The translations under genes were made by a program, and so were the position numbers. DNA of 64,000 nt from Candidatus Latescibacterota bacterium (lineage in GTDB: Bacteria > Latescibacterota > UBA2968 > GCA-2709665). How positions within the stretch are numbered: position 1 is the first letter of the stretch; each line of letters starts with the position of its first letter. Positions 21,516 through 30,996 of this stretch are shown piece by piece. The notes under the pieces were generated by a model. That model saw nothing but the letters and a program-made list of their open reading frames with translations, made no database searches and was not told where the DNA came from. The stretch is taken from positions 3,616,001-3,680,000 of the forward strand of contig OZ241917.1 in NCBI GenBank assembly GCA_965203805.1, in the 5' to 3' direction.

Positions 21516-22715
21516 TCAGTCGTTTATCCGAAGCGGCATCAGCAGACACAGGTAGTCTTCGCCCTCCGGCTGCTCCGCCGGACGAATGATCCCCGCAGCC
21601 ATAGGACCGTCCAGTTCGAACAATACTTCCTCCGAGTCGATACGTCTGAGAATATCCAGGAGATAGTTCGAATTGTAGCCGACCACCATTTCGTCGCCGC
21701 CGTATTCGGCTTCGAGCTCCTCGCGGGCCTCGCCGCCGATTTCCTGGCTCGAGGCCGAGAGTACGACGCGGTTGTCGTTCATTTCCAGGCGAACCTGGTG
21801 GGTCTGTGCGCTTGAAAGAATGGAAACCCGTCGGACAGCCGGCATAAATTGGCCGTTGGCCACCTTCATTGTTGTGCCGTTGTCCTGTGGGATTACCTGC
21901 TCGTAGTCGACATAGGGGCCCTCCACCAGGCGGGAAAACAGGCGGATGGAACCGCGGGCGCTTGTTTCGGCGCCGTTGGCCGCCTGCAGATCGAACACCA
22001 GGTGGTTCTGACCGAACTGCACGCGGCCCAGGCTGCTGCCGCCGGAAGCGAGCTTGACCACGTGGTTCAGCGCCCGGGTAGGAACGATGGCCTCCGTTGA
22101 GACGTCATGGTCCTCCGACCGGGAATGTGTCCTGGAGTATCTGACCAGTCTTGCTCCGTCCGTAGCGACCATCGTCATCCGGCCGCCGCCAACCTTCCAG
22201 AACACGCCGTTCAGGACGGGCCTGGTCTCATCTCTGGACACGGCGAATGTCGTCTTCAGAATCATCTCCCGCATCATCCGGCCCTCGCCGCCGCCTTCAG
22301 TGGACTCGTCCCCGGACTCGAAGACCATCTCGGGACCGTCGACTTCCGCGGGCAACTCGGGAAAGTCTTCCGCAGGCGCCGCCATAAGCGCATACGTTCC
22401 TTCCAGACCCGACTCGCACCGGATTGTCACCCGCCCTGAATCTTCGGTCAGAACAACGGGGCCTTCGGGCAGTTCCCGCACGATCTCGGCGAATTTCCGG
22501 GCCGGGACCGTGGTTGACCCGGGCGCCTCCACCGTGCCGGTAAGCATACAGTTGATGGAAATATCGAGATCGGTGGCGGTCAGACACACTTCCCCGCTCT
22601 CGTTGGTTCCGACGAGTATATTCGACAGCACTGGCAAGGCTGTCTTCGACGGTACGATATCCAGCACCGAATTGATGCCCCAGATGAGCAGATCCTGCTC
22701 GATAACCACCTTCAT
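21516..22715 (-). CDS. dnaN: DNA polymerase III beta clamp
   Basis: LPVLSNIL, ATDLD, DETRPVLNGV, VATDG, C-terminal LLMPLR. Start at ATG 22715. Confidence 0.96.
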   Translation of the reverse strand: MKVVIEQDLLIWGINSVLDIVPSKTALPVLSNILVGTNESGEVCLTATDLDISINCMLTGTVEAPGSTTVPARKFAEIVRELPEGPVVLTEDSGRVTIRCESGLEGTYALMAAPAEDFPELPAEVDGPEMVFESGDESTEGGGEGRMMREMILKTTFAVSRDETRPVLNGVFWKVGGGRMTMVATDGARLVRYSRTHSRSEDHDVSTEAIVPTRALNHVVKLASGGSSLGRVQFGQNHLVFDLQAANGAETSARGSIRLFSRLVEGPYVDYEQVIPQDNGTTMKVANGQFMPAVRRVSILSSAQTHQVRLEMNDNRVVLSASSQEIGGEAREELEAEYGGDEMVVGYNSNYLLDILRRIDSEEVLFELDGPMAAGIIRPAEQPEGEDYLCLLMPLRIND

Positions 22716-22832
22716 TTCACTGTCTCCCGGGAACACGTGTTTCAACGACGTCGTTCCACCAGATTCCGGTTGAAATTTCGGGATCGTATTCGTCAAAAAA
22801 GCGGCCTGTTCGGCCGTTGTAGACCATGACGT

Positions 22833-22861
22833 AATATACTGATTTTTATCGAATTTGTCAA
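22833..22861 (-). promoter_or_regulatory. sigma70-type promoter of dnaN
   Basis: TTGACA-17 bp-TATATT. Confidence 0.75.
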
Positions 22862-23092
22862 CGGCTATTGTCTCGTTCCCGGTCCTGCGGGAGACCCCTC
22901 CGGAAGCGCCGTTTACGGGTTCCCGGAAACGGCGGATTCAACGGCCTCGATCACACCTTCTCCGCACCACGAAGAGCGACCGGTGTTTTCGACAATTATC
23001 GGAAGCGCTCACGGTCGCCTCGACATCGAATTCCCCCGGCTCGGACGCTCGCGACGGGCGTGTTTCGGACGCGGATGACATCCAACGCCTAA

Positions 23093-23283
23093 CCTTGATT
23101 CGTCATTATGCGAGGACGTTAATTCGAATACGTGAAAGTGAATAAAGGTGATTTAACTCCTGATTTCCATGATCCTTCAGGTCACTGGTCGCAAACGGAA
23201 GAAATGTCCTTCCGGACGACCCTTTCGGCCCGTTTCGGAAGGATTCGTCGCAGTGACCCGTGGCAGTTTTTGTCGAATGAAGG
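23093..23283 (+). mobile_element. 191-bp MITE-like element, copy 1
   Basis: TIRs CCTTGATTCGTCA and TGTCGAATGAAGG, flanked by a CTAA direct repeat (23089-92, 23284-87). An ungapped homolog lies at 32503-32693. Confidence 0.85.
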
Positions 23284-23339
23284 CTAATGTCCGCGATATC
23301 CGTGATCCTGCCCGCGGGCGGCGGGATCTCTCAACATTC

Positions 23340-23720
23340 CCAATTGTGAACAACTTCTGCCCGATTCACCGCCGATTTCGTGCGAATTACGCTGATAAAA
23401 TACTATTTATATGACAGATGTGACGGCCTTCGGTGCTTGAGTTCCGGATAGGCGGCTTTGTGGATTATTTTCCGGAAAATATGTGGATAAAGATTGGCGT
23501 GCGTTATCCTGCCCGGGCAAGGGTGAATAAGCCTTCGGTTACACACAGGTTTTCCAGAGCAAAACGACAATTCCAGGCTACCGTTTTCGCTTCCGGTTAG
23601 CGGGCAACTGCCGTTTTTCCACCTTTCCACCGGGCTTATTGTTATTGTTTTTTAATTAATCATTCCTGAAGAAATGCATAATAAATAATGCCGGGGGCAC
23701 TTCCTGTGGATAAGTTCCAT
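23340..23720. other. oriC: Replication origin oriC between dnaA and dnaN
   Basis: Perfect TGTGGATAA at 23482 and 23705; degenerate boxes at 23345, 23459, 23522, 23539, 23615 and 23623; AT-rich tract 23636-23690; gene orientation flips nearby. Confidence 0.85.
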
Positions 23721-23840
23721 ACGTCAATATAAACGACCGATTCAAGAAGTTGAACCGGTCGTCCCGCGGTAAAACACATTGACAGGAGTCGTATTCAGCC
23801 GGCCTTGTCTGACTTCACGGAAACACCGCCGAAGAAGGGT

Positions 23841-25250
23841 TCAGGCCGACGAGACCTGCTGGACCGTGTTCTGGATGCGGCTCACAAGAGCCTCGAAATC
23901 GGGGTCGGCAGAAAGCCTGGTGGCGATATTTTTGCAGGCATGAATAACCGTTGTATGATCACGATTTCCGAATTCAGTGCCGATTGACTTGAGGGGCGCT
24001 TCCGTAAGCCGTCTGCAAAGGTACATACAGATGTGCCGAGCCGTGGCGATATCCTGCTTCCGGGTGGAACCGGTCAGCATGGTCACGGGGATATTAAAGA
24101 AGCCAGCCGTACCCTTCTGGATCTCCTCGATGCTGATTGCGGGTGACGTGATGGCACTGGCGCGGCCAAGACTCTTTATGGTATGCCTGGCGATATCGAG
24201 GGAAACTGGAGCGCTTTTATATACCGAAAAAGTAATGAGATGGGTCACGGCGCCTTCCAGTTCCCGGATATTCGAATCTACCTGTTCGGCCATGAAACGA
24301 GCGACATCGGGGGGTATCCTGACGCCGTGGTTTCCCGCCTTCTGATTGACAATTGCCATTCGGGTTTCCAGGTCCGGTCGGTCGATATCCGAAACAAGAC
24401 CCCACTGAAACCTAGAAATCAGCCTGTCTTCAAATCCTTTCAGGGTTGACGGCGGCCGGTCGGAGCTCAGGACGATCTGTTTGTTGAGTTGATACAATGC
24501 GTTGAAGGTGTGAATGAGCTGGCGCTGGCAGGCTTCGGTCGTTGCGTGGAACTGAATATCGTCGATGAGAAGAATGTCGGCGTTTCGATAAATTTCGGTA
24601 AATGCGGATGAATCCCTTTTTTGGATGGCTTTCAAATAGTCGGTAAAGAACCTTTCGCCCGTCGTATACACAACGCGCCTGGCCGTGTTGTTGCGAACGC
24701 AATGGTCGGCGACTGCCTGGAGCAAATGCGTTTTCCCGAGGCCCACGCCGCTATAGATGAACAGCGGGTTATAGGATGTCGCGCCGGGCGACTCCGCGAC
24801 GGCTTTCGCCGCGGTGTATGAGAACTGATTGCTCTCACCGACAACGAAATTTTCAAACCGATATCTGGGATTCAGCGGAAAAACGGCTTCGGATACAACG
24901 GCTGGAACGGGGTCTTCTCCGTTTGGCCGGGGATTCGGCGGAGGCGGGGAATCGTCGGCCAGGGTGAAGTCGGGTGGCGACCCCGATGCAGACCGGACGT
25001 CTTTCTTGATGGCAAACCGAATTTCCGGCGTCCAGGAAGTGATTTCTTCTATTACAGACTTGATTAAATCGAGCCAATGCTCTTCAAGCCAGTCTCCGAA
25101 AAAGGAAGTTGGCACCTCAATAGTCGCGAACTCCGCGTCCAGTCGTGGTGACAACGTCTCGGCGAACCATGTACTGTAGGCATCCGCCTCGATTTTCCCC
25201 TCGATTTTCCGCAGACACCTGCCCCAGAGGACGGAAGGATTTTCAACCAT
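23841..25250 (-). CDS. dnaA: Chromosomal replication initiator DnaA
   Basis: LNPRYRFENFVVG, YNPLFIYSGVGLGKTHL, LLIDDIQF, RLISRF, NIRELEGA, RDHTTVIHA. Alternative start at 25268. Confidence 0.98.
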   Translation of the reverse strand: MVENPSVLWGRCLRKIEGKIEADAYSTWFAETLSPRLDAEFATIEVPTSFFGDWLEEHWLDLIKSVIEEITSWTPEIRFAIKKDVRSASGSPPDFTLADDSPPPPNPRPNGEDPVPAVVSEAVFPLNPRYRFENFVVGESNQFSYTAAKAVAESPGATSYNPLFIYSGVGLGKTHLLQAVADHCVRNNTARRVVYTTGERFFTDYLKAIQKRDSSAFTEIYRNADILLIDDIQFHATTEACQRQLIHTFNALYQLNKQIVLSSDRPPSTLKGFEDRLISRFQWGLVSDIDRPDLETRMAIVNQKAGNHGVRIPPDVARFMAEQVDSNIRELEGAVTHLITFSVYKSAPVSLDIARHTIKSLGRASAITSPAISIEEIQKGTAGFFNIPVTMLTGSTRKQDIATARHICMYLCRRLTEAPLKSIGTEFGNRDHTTVIHACKNIATRLSADPDFEALVSRIQNTVQQVSSA

Positions 25251-25567
25251 AAAGACAAAACCACCCATACATTAGCGAGGGACATGCGCCGTCGCTAAGC
25301 TCTATTTACAATACAAAAGAGAGTTGGCGGGGAAGAATGCCGACGCCCAGCCAGAAGCCAGAAGATCATCTATGGAGGGAGTATTGCAGAAGATATTCTG
25401 GGGGGATGGAATTCACGGCAGAGAAAGAGGTGAATTCCTTGCAAACGGACAATACGAAGGCCTGCCGGTTGCAGACAGGTCTCTTGGAAAAAGAGGGAAT
25501 AATAAAAGTAATGATCAAGATGCAGGGGAGTCGCCGAAGGAACTGGCTCGGCAAAAATGACGGCGCC

Positions 25568-25596
25568 AAACTAAAGAAGAGATCTGCAAAAGTCAA
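25568..25596 (-). promoter_or_regulatory. Candidate dnaA promoter
   Basis: TTGACT-17 bp-TAGTTT. Confidence 0.55.
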
Positions 25597-25734
25597 GCCC
25601 TTTCTGGAAGAAAAATCTCTTTATTTTTCGACAATCATCTTCCGACATCGATATACCAGATAATGTATATTTGATCCAATAAACACACCATGTAGTAGAG
25701 ATTTTCGTGATCTCATGGAGACCTATGAAATCCC

Positions 25735-25763
25735 TTGACAAAGATTCCTTCCCCATCTATATT
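25735..25763 (+). promoter_or_regulatory. sigma70-type promoter of the rpmH operon
   Basis: TTGACA-17 bp-TATATT. Confidence 0.8.
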
Positions 25764-25830
25764 CATAAGTTGCTACAATTCATTTAGATACAACAACGGC
25801 TGTTCTCTGCGCAACGCACGGACAAGGGTA

Positions 25831-25965
25831 ATGAAGCGGACGTTCCAGCCCAGCAACCGGAAACGAAAAAACAAGCACGGCTTTCGCCACCGCATGCGAA
25901 CCCCGGGCGGGCGTCAGATATTCTCCAGGCGCCGGCGCAAGGGCCGCGTACGGATCTCGCTCTAA
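25831..25965 (+). CDS. rpmH: 50S ribosomal protein L34
   Basis: [22 protein letters not shown]...RRRRKGR. Confidence 0.98.
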   Translation: MKRTFQPSNRKRKNKHGFRHRMRTPGGRQIFSRRRRKGRVRISL

Positions 25966-25969
25966 AACG

Positions 25970-26329
25970 ATGAGGCCGGGCGCCGGATTGCGGAGCGAGG
26001 TTCACAATCTCCGGCGGACCGGATCGTTGTTCAGGGGTCGCTGGTTGCATGTCCGTGCAGGCAATTCCTCAGAAGATCGCATTATCATCTCCGTGCGCAA
26101 GCGGTTTGGCAAGGCCGTCGCGCGAAATCGCGCACGGCGGCGAATTCGCGCCATCTGCAGGGAAATGGCTCCGCACCGCGGCACGGGTCATCTGGTCATC
26201 ATATCCGTTGGCGACGGATCGGCCGCTGCAGGGTTCCGGGATCTGCGCAGAGACTTGATCGCTGCGTTTGGTAAACTGGGTCTTCTCCACGGGTCGGCCA
26301 TCCCGCCGATGGGATTGCGTCCTCGTTGA
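25970..26329 (+). CDS. rnpA: Ribonuclease P protein component
   Basis: SVRKRFGKAVARNRARRRIR (RNR motif); follows rpmH. Confidence 0.92.
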   Translation: MRPGAGLRSEVHNLRRTGSLFRGRWLHVRAGNSSEDRIIISVRKRFGKAVARNRARRRIRAICREMAPHRGTGHLVIISVGDGSAAAGFRDLRRDLIAAFGKLGLLHGSAIPPMGLRPR

Positions 26330-26513
26330 ATCGCCCTCCGCTTTTTCTTCGGATGCGTGTTGCCCCCCGTACCATGCCCCCGTCAGTGTTCTGATCCGGT
26401 AACAGATTGCCGAAATCCGGTCGATGAGTCGCCCGGCTGCGATAGCGGGGCACTTCCACGGGCTCACGTTCCTGTCTGAAACTTGCAGATCCGCGACATC
26501 ACAGGTCTGACGA

Positions 26514-28211
26514 ATGGACAAGCGTACAATTCTCGCCTTTATCCTGATCGGTCTGATCATCATTCTCTATCCCCATTACATGGAGTGGATCATGGGCGAT
26601 CCGCCACCGGTCCCACCCCCGGAACGGATCCCCTCCGAAAGGCTTGGAACGCCGCCTTCCCCACCGCCGGAATCACCCGTCCGACAACGCGAGATCCGGC
26701 AACCCGAGATCGCGCGGGAGGCCTCCGGCGACATCTCGTCCGGACAGCGGCGCGGCCGGATCTCTCCGGGAGAATTCATTCCGCAAGACGTCGTTGTAGA
26801 GACCGATCTCTTTACCGCCACGTTCAGTACGCGGGGCGGGGTGTTAACCCGGCTTCGGCTGAAGGCGTATGAACATCCGGACGGCGGGGAACTGGATCTG
26901 ATCGCACCCGGGAGCGCCGCGCTGGGCCTCTCTCTGGCCGGCGAATCGCTGGATGCATACGAGTTTTCCACGGACACGCCACGGCTCACGCTGGTCGGAG
27001 CGGAGCAGGCCGAGTTGATCTTCAGGGGTCAGCTGGGAACGCGCACGATTGAAAAGCGGGTCCGGTTTCAGGGCAACCGGTACCGGGCGGATTTGGCAGT
27101 GGCCGTTTCCAGATTGGATCCGCAGGAGAAGCTGGGCGTGGCATGGTCGGGCAGTCTGGCCGATACGGAGAACAACCCTGAAGAGAACGCATTCTATATG
27201 TCGGTTGTCACACGCGCGGGCGGCGAAGTCGAGACCTGGGACGTGGAGGACCTCGGACCCGACGGCGACCCCCCGCCCGGCGGCCGAATCTCGTGGGTCG
27301 GGATACGGAACAAATATTTCCTGGTTGCGCTGATTCCGCCGGAAGGCAGCTATGGCCTGAACCTCGGCGGCGAACCGCGCGATTTCGCCGAATGGTACGA
27401 CGTCGAAATCCAGGCAAAGGACGTCGATCCGGGGCAACGGTACGGTGTATATTTCGGTCCGATCTCCTACGATCGGCTCCGGCAGCAGAATCAGGATCTT
27501 TCGGGCAATTACCGGGAATTGGAGATGGAGGAGTTCATGGAGTATGGCTTCGCCATATTCCGGCCGATCATCAAGCCCATCACCAATCTGAATCTCCGTG
27601 CGTTCCTGGCGCTTCATCCGCTGATCCCGAACTACGGCCTGGTGATCATCGTATTCTCCGTTCTGATCAAAATCGTGGTGTTTCCACTGACGCACAAGAG
27701 TCTCGAGGCTGCCGCGAAGATGCAGCAGTTTCAGCCCAGGATCGCCGCGCTGCGCGAGAAGTACCCGGACGACCAGCAAAAAGTCCAGCGGGAGATGATG
27801 AAGCTCTACAAGGAGGAGGGGGTGAACCCGCTGGGCGGCTGCCTTCCGATGGTCGTCCAGATGCCCATCCTCTTTTCGCTCTTCAATGTCTTCCGCGGCG
27901 CGATCGAACTCCGGCAGTCCGAGTTCGTGTTCTGGATTACGGACCTTTCCCAGCCGGACCGGCTGTTCTTCGGGGGATTTGAAATCCACCTCCTGCCGCT
28001 GCTGATGGCGGTCTCCACGTTCGTGCAGTCGAAAATGACCATGAAAGATCCCAAGCAGGCGTTCATGGTCTATATTATGCCCGTTTTCATGATCTGGATA
28101 TTCTGGAGCATGTCCTCCGGCCTGGTGCTTTACTGGACGATGTTCAACGTACTCACCATTTTGCAGCAGCAAGTCATGGAACGCGTGAAACGCGTGCTGG
28201 GCACGCGCTGA
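26514..28211 (+). CDS. yidC: Membrane protein insertase YidC
   Basis: MDKRTILAF, NYGLVII, NPLGGCLP..VQMP, WITDLSQPD, SGLVLYW. Confidence 0.97.
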   Translation: MDKRTILAFILIGLIIILYPHYMEWIMGDPPPVPPPERIPSERLGTPPSPPPESPVRQREIRQPEIAREASGDISSGQRRGRISPGEFIPQDVVVETDLFTATFSTRGGVLTRLRLKAYEHPDGGELDLIAPGSAALGLSLAGESLDAYEFSTDTPRLTLVGAEQAELIFRGQLGTRTIEKRVRFQGNRYRADLAVAVSRLDPQEKLGVAWSGSLADTENNPEENAFYMSVVTRAGGEVETWDVEDLGPDGDPPPGGRISWVGIRNKYFLVALIPPEGSYGLNLGGEPRDFAEWYDVEIQAKDVDPGQRYGVYFGPISYDRLRQQNQDLSGNYRELEMEEFMEYGFAIFRPIIKPITNLNLRAFLALHPLIPNYGLVIIVFSVLIKIVVFPLTHKSLEAAAKMQQFQPRIAALREKYPDDQQKVQREMMKLYKEEGVNPLGGCLPMVVQMPILFSLFNVFRGAIELRQSEFVFWITDLSQPDRLFFGGFEIHLLPLLMAVSTFVQSKMTMKDPKQAFMVYIMPVFMIWIFWSMSSGLVLYWTMFNVLTILQQQVMERVKRVLGTR

Positions 28212-28223
28212 GGATTTGTCCCG

Positions 28224-29579
28224 ATGAGACCATCGGACCGCGATACCATTGTCGCAATCGCCACCGGTCCCGGCGAGGCAGCGATAGGCATCGTGCGGCT
28301 TACGGGGCCGGAGGCGGTAGGAATCGCCTCCGGTTTTTTTTGTGGCGCCCGTGAATTGCGCCGTATGGAGGACCGCCGCCTGATGTATGGAAGGTTTGTG
28401 GTTGGAGACCAGGACCTGGACGAGGTGCTGGTCTCTGTCATGAGGGGTTCCAGGTCGTTTACGGGCGAAGACACGGTCGAATTCAACTGCCACGGCGGCC
28501 CTCTTCTTCTGCGGCGCGCGATGGAAGCGCTGATCTCGGCGGGCGCACGCCCCGCCGAGCCGGGCGAATTCACCCGGCGGGCATTTCTCAACGGCCGAAT
28601 CGATCTCACCCAGGCCGAAGCAATTTCGGATATGATCACCGCCCGGGCCGACCGGAGTCTTCGGTCCGCCTATTTCCAGTTGCGCGGCGGTTTGAGGGCC
28701 CGGTTCGAAGATCTGGCGGAAGCCCTGCGGGATTTGCTGACATTGATCGAGGCGGGACTGGATTTTTACGAAGACGCCGGTGTCGAACAGGACGCCATAC
28801 GTCCGTCGATCGTGCGGGCGGAAGGGGAAATAAAGCGGCTGGTCGCATCCTATCAACACGGCAAAATCATACGAGAGGGCGCCCTGGTGGCCCTCGCCGG
28901 CCCGCCGAACGCCGGCAAATCGAGCCTGCTCAACCGGCTGCTCGAGGAGGACCGCGCCATCGTTTCGCCGGTTTCCGGCACCACGCGGGATACGATTGAA
29001 GAGTCGATCACTCTGGACGGCATTCGCGTCACGCTGGTCGACACTGCCGGAATTGCGAAGCCGCGTGACGATATTGAGCGGGAAGGCGCGCGACGGTCCC
29101 GAGACGCGATTGCGCGGGCCGGCCTTGTGCTGCTGATCGTGGATGCATCCGTCCCCGCGGCCGGCGGGCTGGAGGCGATGGTAGAGGGCGTGACTCCCGG
29201 TAACGTGCTTCTCGTCAGGAACAAGAAGGATCTCGGCCTCCACGCCGACTGGCGGACGGGCAGCCCGTTTCAGGGTCTCTCCACCTCCGCCCTCACGGGG
29301 GAGGGCCTCGACAGACTCAGAGAGTGTGTCCTCGGGCGCGTGATGGCGGAATCCGATCCCGAATCCGGCGTCGTAACGCACGCGCGGCACGTGGAGGCGT
29401 TGCGACGGGCGGGAGACGCGCTCGGCCGGGCAACCGGAGCGCTTGACGAGGAACTTCCCGGTGAGGTGGTGGCGGTGGAGCTGCGGGAGGCGACCGACGC
29501 GCTGGCCGAGATTGTCGGCGAGACCACGTCGGAGGACATCCTGGACCGGATTTTCAGTACGTTTTGTATAGGCAAATAG
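28224..29579 (+). CDS. mnmE: tRNA modification GTPase MnmE
   Basis: DTIVAIAT, GEFTRRAFLNG, GPPNAGKSS, GTTRD, DTAG, NKKD, C-terminal FCIGK. Confidence 0.97.
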   Translation: MRPSDRDTIVAIATGPGEAAIGIVRLTGPEAVGIASGFFCGARELRRMEDRRLMYGRFVVGDQDLDEVLVSVMRGSRSFTGEDTVEFNCHGGPLLLRRAMEALISAGARPAEPGEFTRRAFLNGRIDLTQAEAISDMITARADRSLRSAYFQLRGGLRARFEDLAEALRDLLTLIEAGLDFYEDAGVEQDAIRPSIVRAEGEIKRLVASYQHGKIIREGALVALAGPPNAGKSSLLNRLLEEDRAIVSPVSGTTRDTIEESITLDGIRVTLVDTAGIAKPRDDIEREGARRSRDAIARAGLVLLIVDASVPAAGGLEAMVEGVTPGNVLLVRNKKDLGLHADWRTGSPFQGLSTSALTGEGLDRLRECVLGRVMAESDPESGVVTHARHVEALRRAGDALGRATGALDEELPGEVVAVELREATDALAEIVGETTSEDILDRIFSTFCIGK

Positions 29580-29590
29580 CCAAAAAGCGG

Positions 29591-29715
29591 TAAGACGTGA
29601 GACGGTAGACGGTAGATGACATCCTTGTCCGATTGGTTATTCCCTTATGCCTCCGGCAAGAAATGAAACCGAACAGGCAATGATATCCTCTCACGTCTTA
29701 CGTCTCACGTCTCAC
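29591..29715 (+). repeat. Dispersed ~120-bp element bounded by inverted heptamer arrays (GTGAGAC...GTCTCAC), copy 1
   Basis: Core aligns by eye with 37671-37786. Confidence 0.8.
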
Positions 29716-29725
29716 CCGTTTGTAA

Positions 29726-29741
29726 TGTTCCACGTGAAACA
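29726..29741. promoter_or_regulatory. parS: parS centromere site
   Basis: TGTTCCACGTGAAACA, an exact match to the TGTTNCACGTGAAACA consensus. Confidence 0.92.
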
Positions 29742-29798
29742 TGGCATCCAATACAGGGAATTGTCGCGTTGCTTCCGGCGGACGCGTGTGGAGGAACG

Positions 29799-30443
29799 GT
29801 GACGGATCAGGAGTTTCTGACGGCCGCCGAAGCGCTGTCCGTCCCTCTGTCTGAAGAACAGGCCTCGCGGTTTCTTCGATATGAGGCGCTGCTCCGGTCG
29901 TGGGCGGAACGGGTGAGACTGGTGTCCCGGGGAGACCGGGACAGAATCAGGGAGCGCCACTTTATCGAGAGTCTGCGGGTGGTTCGCTTTCTTCCGGAAG
30001 GGCGGATTTCGCTCCTGGATCTGGGATCGGGCGCGGGTTTTCCGGGTGTTCCGGTCAAAATCGCCCGGCCGGATGCCGATGTCGTGCTTCTGGAGTCGGC
30101 AAGAATGAAGGCGCTCTTTCTGAAACGCCTGGTCGTTGAACTGGAAATGGAAGGGCTGTCCGTTTTGCCCGAGCGGGCGGAGGTTGCCTGCAAACGGGAG
30201 GAACATCGGGGGAGATTCGATATTGTAACGGCGCGGGCAGTGGGCTCGCTGCCGGTCCTGTGGCGCCTGTCGTCAGGATTCCTCAGGAAGGGTGGCGAGC
30301 TGTTCGCGCTCAAGGGGCCCGGCGCAGGCCGGGAGGCGGAGGAATTCGGCTCGGACGGCCCGGTTGTGACCATAGAGCGCGGTGCGCCCGAGGTCCGGCG
30401 AAGGGACACGGTTCTCGTCAGGGCTACCGCGCGTTTGGAATGA
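29799..30443 (+). CDS. rsmG: 16S rRNA m7G527 methyltransferase
   Basis: RHFIESL, LDLGSGAGFPG, VTARAV, LKG. GGAGG RBS before the GTG. Confidence 0.95.
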   Translation: MTDQEFLTAAEALSVPLSEEQASRFLRYEALLRSWAERVRLVSRGDRDRIRERHFIESLRVVRFLPEGRISLLDLGSGAGFPGVPVKIARPDADVVLLESARMKALFLKRLVVELEMEGLSVLPERAEVACKREEHRGRFDIVTARAVGSLPVLWRLSSGFLRKGGELFALKGPGAGREAEEFGSDGPVVTIERGAPEVRRRDTVLVRATARLE

Positions 30444-30842
30444 TCACTCGGCCTGAACGAGTTCGATCAGGACGCCCGATGCGCTCCGGGGATGGACGAA
30501 AGCCACCCGCCGGCCGAGCGCGCCCGTGCGGATTCCGCCGGCGATCGCGAGCCCCCGGTCCTTGCATGCTGAGACGGCGGCATCGATATCCGGTACCCGC
30601 ATGGCGATATGGTGCAGACCCTGCCCCTTTCTGGAAAGGAACCGTGCCAGAGAACTCCCTTCGTGCGTCGGTTCCAGGAGTTCGAGCCGGGTCAGGCCGG
30701 ATCCGCCCAGAAATACCACACGGACGCCTTCCGCTTCCACGGTTTCTTCGTCCGTTGTTTCAAACCCGAGCATCGCATAGACGGCCAGTGCCCGGTCGAT
30801 CCCCTCCACCGCGATGCCCACATGATCCACGTGTCCGTCCAC
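30444..30842 (-). CDS. mce: Methylmalonyl-CoA epimerase (VOC fold)
   Basis: DHVGIAV, LELLEP, GLHHIA, FVHP..ASGVLIELVQ. Confidence 0.93.
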   Translation of the reverse strand: MDGHVDHVGIAVEGIDRALAVYAMLGFETTDEETVEAEGVRVVFLGGSGLTRLELLEPTHEGSSLARFLSRKGQGLHHIAMRVPDIDAAVSACKDRGLAIAGGIRTGALGRRVAFVHPRSASGVLIELVQAE

Positions 30843-30883
30843 GGTTATCCTCCCGGTCTGTAGGATCCAAAAGCGGAACGCAG
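30833..30883. repeat. 51-bp exact direct repeat with 35666-35716 (mcm 3' end, RBS and mce start)
   Basis: gtccgtccacggttatcctcccggtctgtaggatccaaaagcggaacgcag occurs at both sites; similarity then decays over about 60 more bp. Confidence 0.95.
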
Positions 30884-30961
30884 TCTGTCCGATATTTCGC
30901 CCATGGTCGCGCCGGCTGAACAGGCTGCCACGGACTGCCGGTCCATCCAGTGTCCTGTCCC
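30845..30961 (-). pseudogene. Orphan 3' fragment of a methylmalonyl-CoA mutase gene
   Basis: Translates ...VAACSAGATMGEISDRLRSAFGSYRPGG*, versus ...VAAGLAGATVGEISDRLRSAFGSYRPGG* in the intact gene. Confidence 0.88.
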
Positions 30962-30996
30962 AAAAGTACCTCCGACTGCGCCCCCCGTAGTATGGT

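Noticed and set aside
21516-22715. Short low-complexity insertions in DnaN and GyrB as inteins or repeat insertions
   Set aside because: They are only about 6-12 aa, with no intein motifs and no match to the window's repeats. They are probably ordinary loop variation.
22729-22745. GGAACACGTGTTTC palindrome as a parS site
   Set aside because: It does not match the 16-bp parS consensus.
26330-26513. yidD between rnpA and yidC
   Set aside because: No plus-strand frame gives the YidD Cys/CRF.PTCS pattern.
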